DNA of 64,000 nucleotides from Magallana gigas (Eukaryota). A program made the position numbers and the translations under genes. Location of the stretch: contig NC_088859.1 of NCBI RefSeq assembly GCF_963853765.1, positions 20,956,001 through 21,020,000 on the forward strand. Direction: 5' to 3'. Shown in pieces: positions 63,775 through 64,000 of the stretch. Each line of letters starts with the position of its first letter. Position 1 is the first letter of the stretch. The notes beneath the pieces are model-generated. The model was not told the origin of the DNA, ran no database searches, and saw nothing but the letters and a program-made list of their open reading frames with translations.

Positions 63775-64000
63775 GTGAGTTGTGTGCCCCCGCCGTTCGC
63801 TGCCACTGAAAATATGTGCCATCCTTATACAATGTACTTGTATTTCCCCCAGCAATTTCAGCATTATTATCACAATTTGTTATGAATGCATGGAGATCTT
63901 TATATGCTTGTTTATTAAAAAGATAATCTGTTAATACATATACCTGTAATTCATTTGTCCAGAACTAATCTTGAGTCTGTCTGTATCTATAATATTGTTA

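Noticed and set aside
1-64000. Prokaryotic or viral systems (CRISPR, operons, defence islands, integrated virus) or an autonomous transposon
   Set aside because: All recognisable genes are spliceosomal animal genes, and no long uninterrupted ORF or RT, transposase or viral motif was seen.

Overview
AT-rich, intron-containing animal genomic DNA, most likely a bivalve mollusc (oyster-like, inferred from the repeat families and the receptor type). No prokaryotic systems, CRISPR arrays or rRNA were seen. Three genes can be reconstructed exon by exon with GT-AG sites and consistent phases. (1) The 5' part of a nicotinic acetylcholine receptor alpha subunit (minus, 6832 to <60) carrying the anion-type 'PAK' motif before M2. 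(2) A complete bifunctional apoptosis regulator gene, BFAR (minus, 57414-48995, 431 aa; RING, SAM, TM). (3) The 5' part of poly(A)-specific ribonuclease PARN (plus, 59038 to >63774), head-to-head with BFAR as in human. Between them lies a decayed partial BFAR duplicate (exons 4-7, about 25.7-35.9 kb) and many non-autonomous elements (Helentron-type HINEs, TTAA Kolobok-like, MULE-, Harbinger- and Tc1-like MITEs, a foldback element). The most unusual observations are a 159-bp TIR element with a 10-bp target duplication whose whole interior is an inverted 84/86 copy of host intron DNA 1 kb away, a hidden frame-preserving poly-Asp exon candidate at 17.4 kb, an LRR-like relict inside BFAR intron 6 present in both copies, mosaic divergence across the duplicate, and a duplicated PARN splice acceptor that would create a premature stop. 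All alignments, counts and family assignments were done by eye and from memory of the families; no database search was run.
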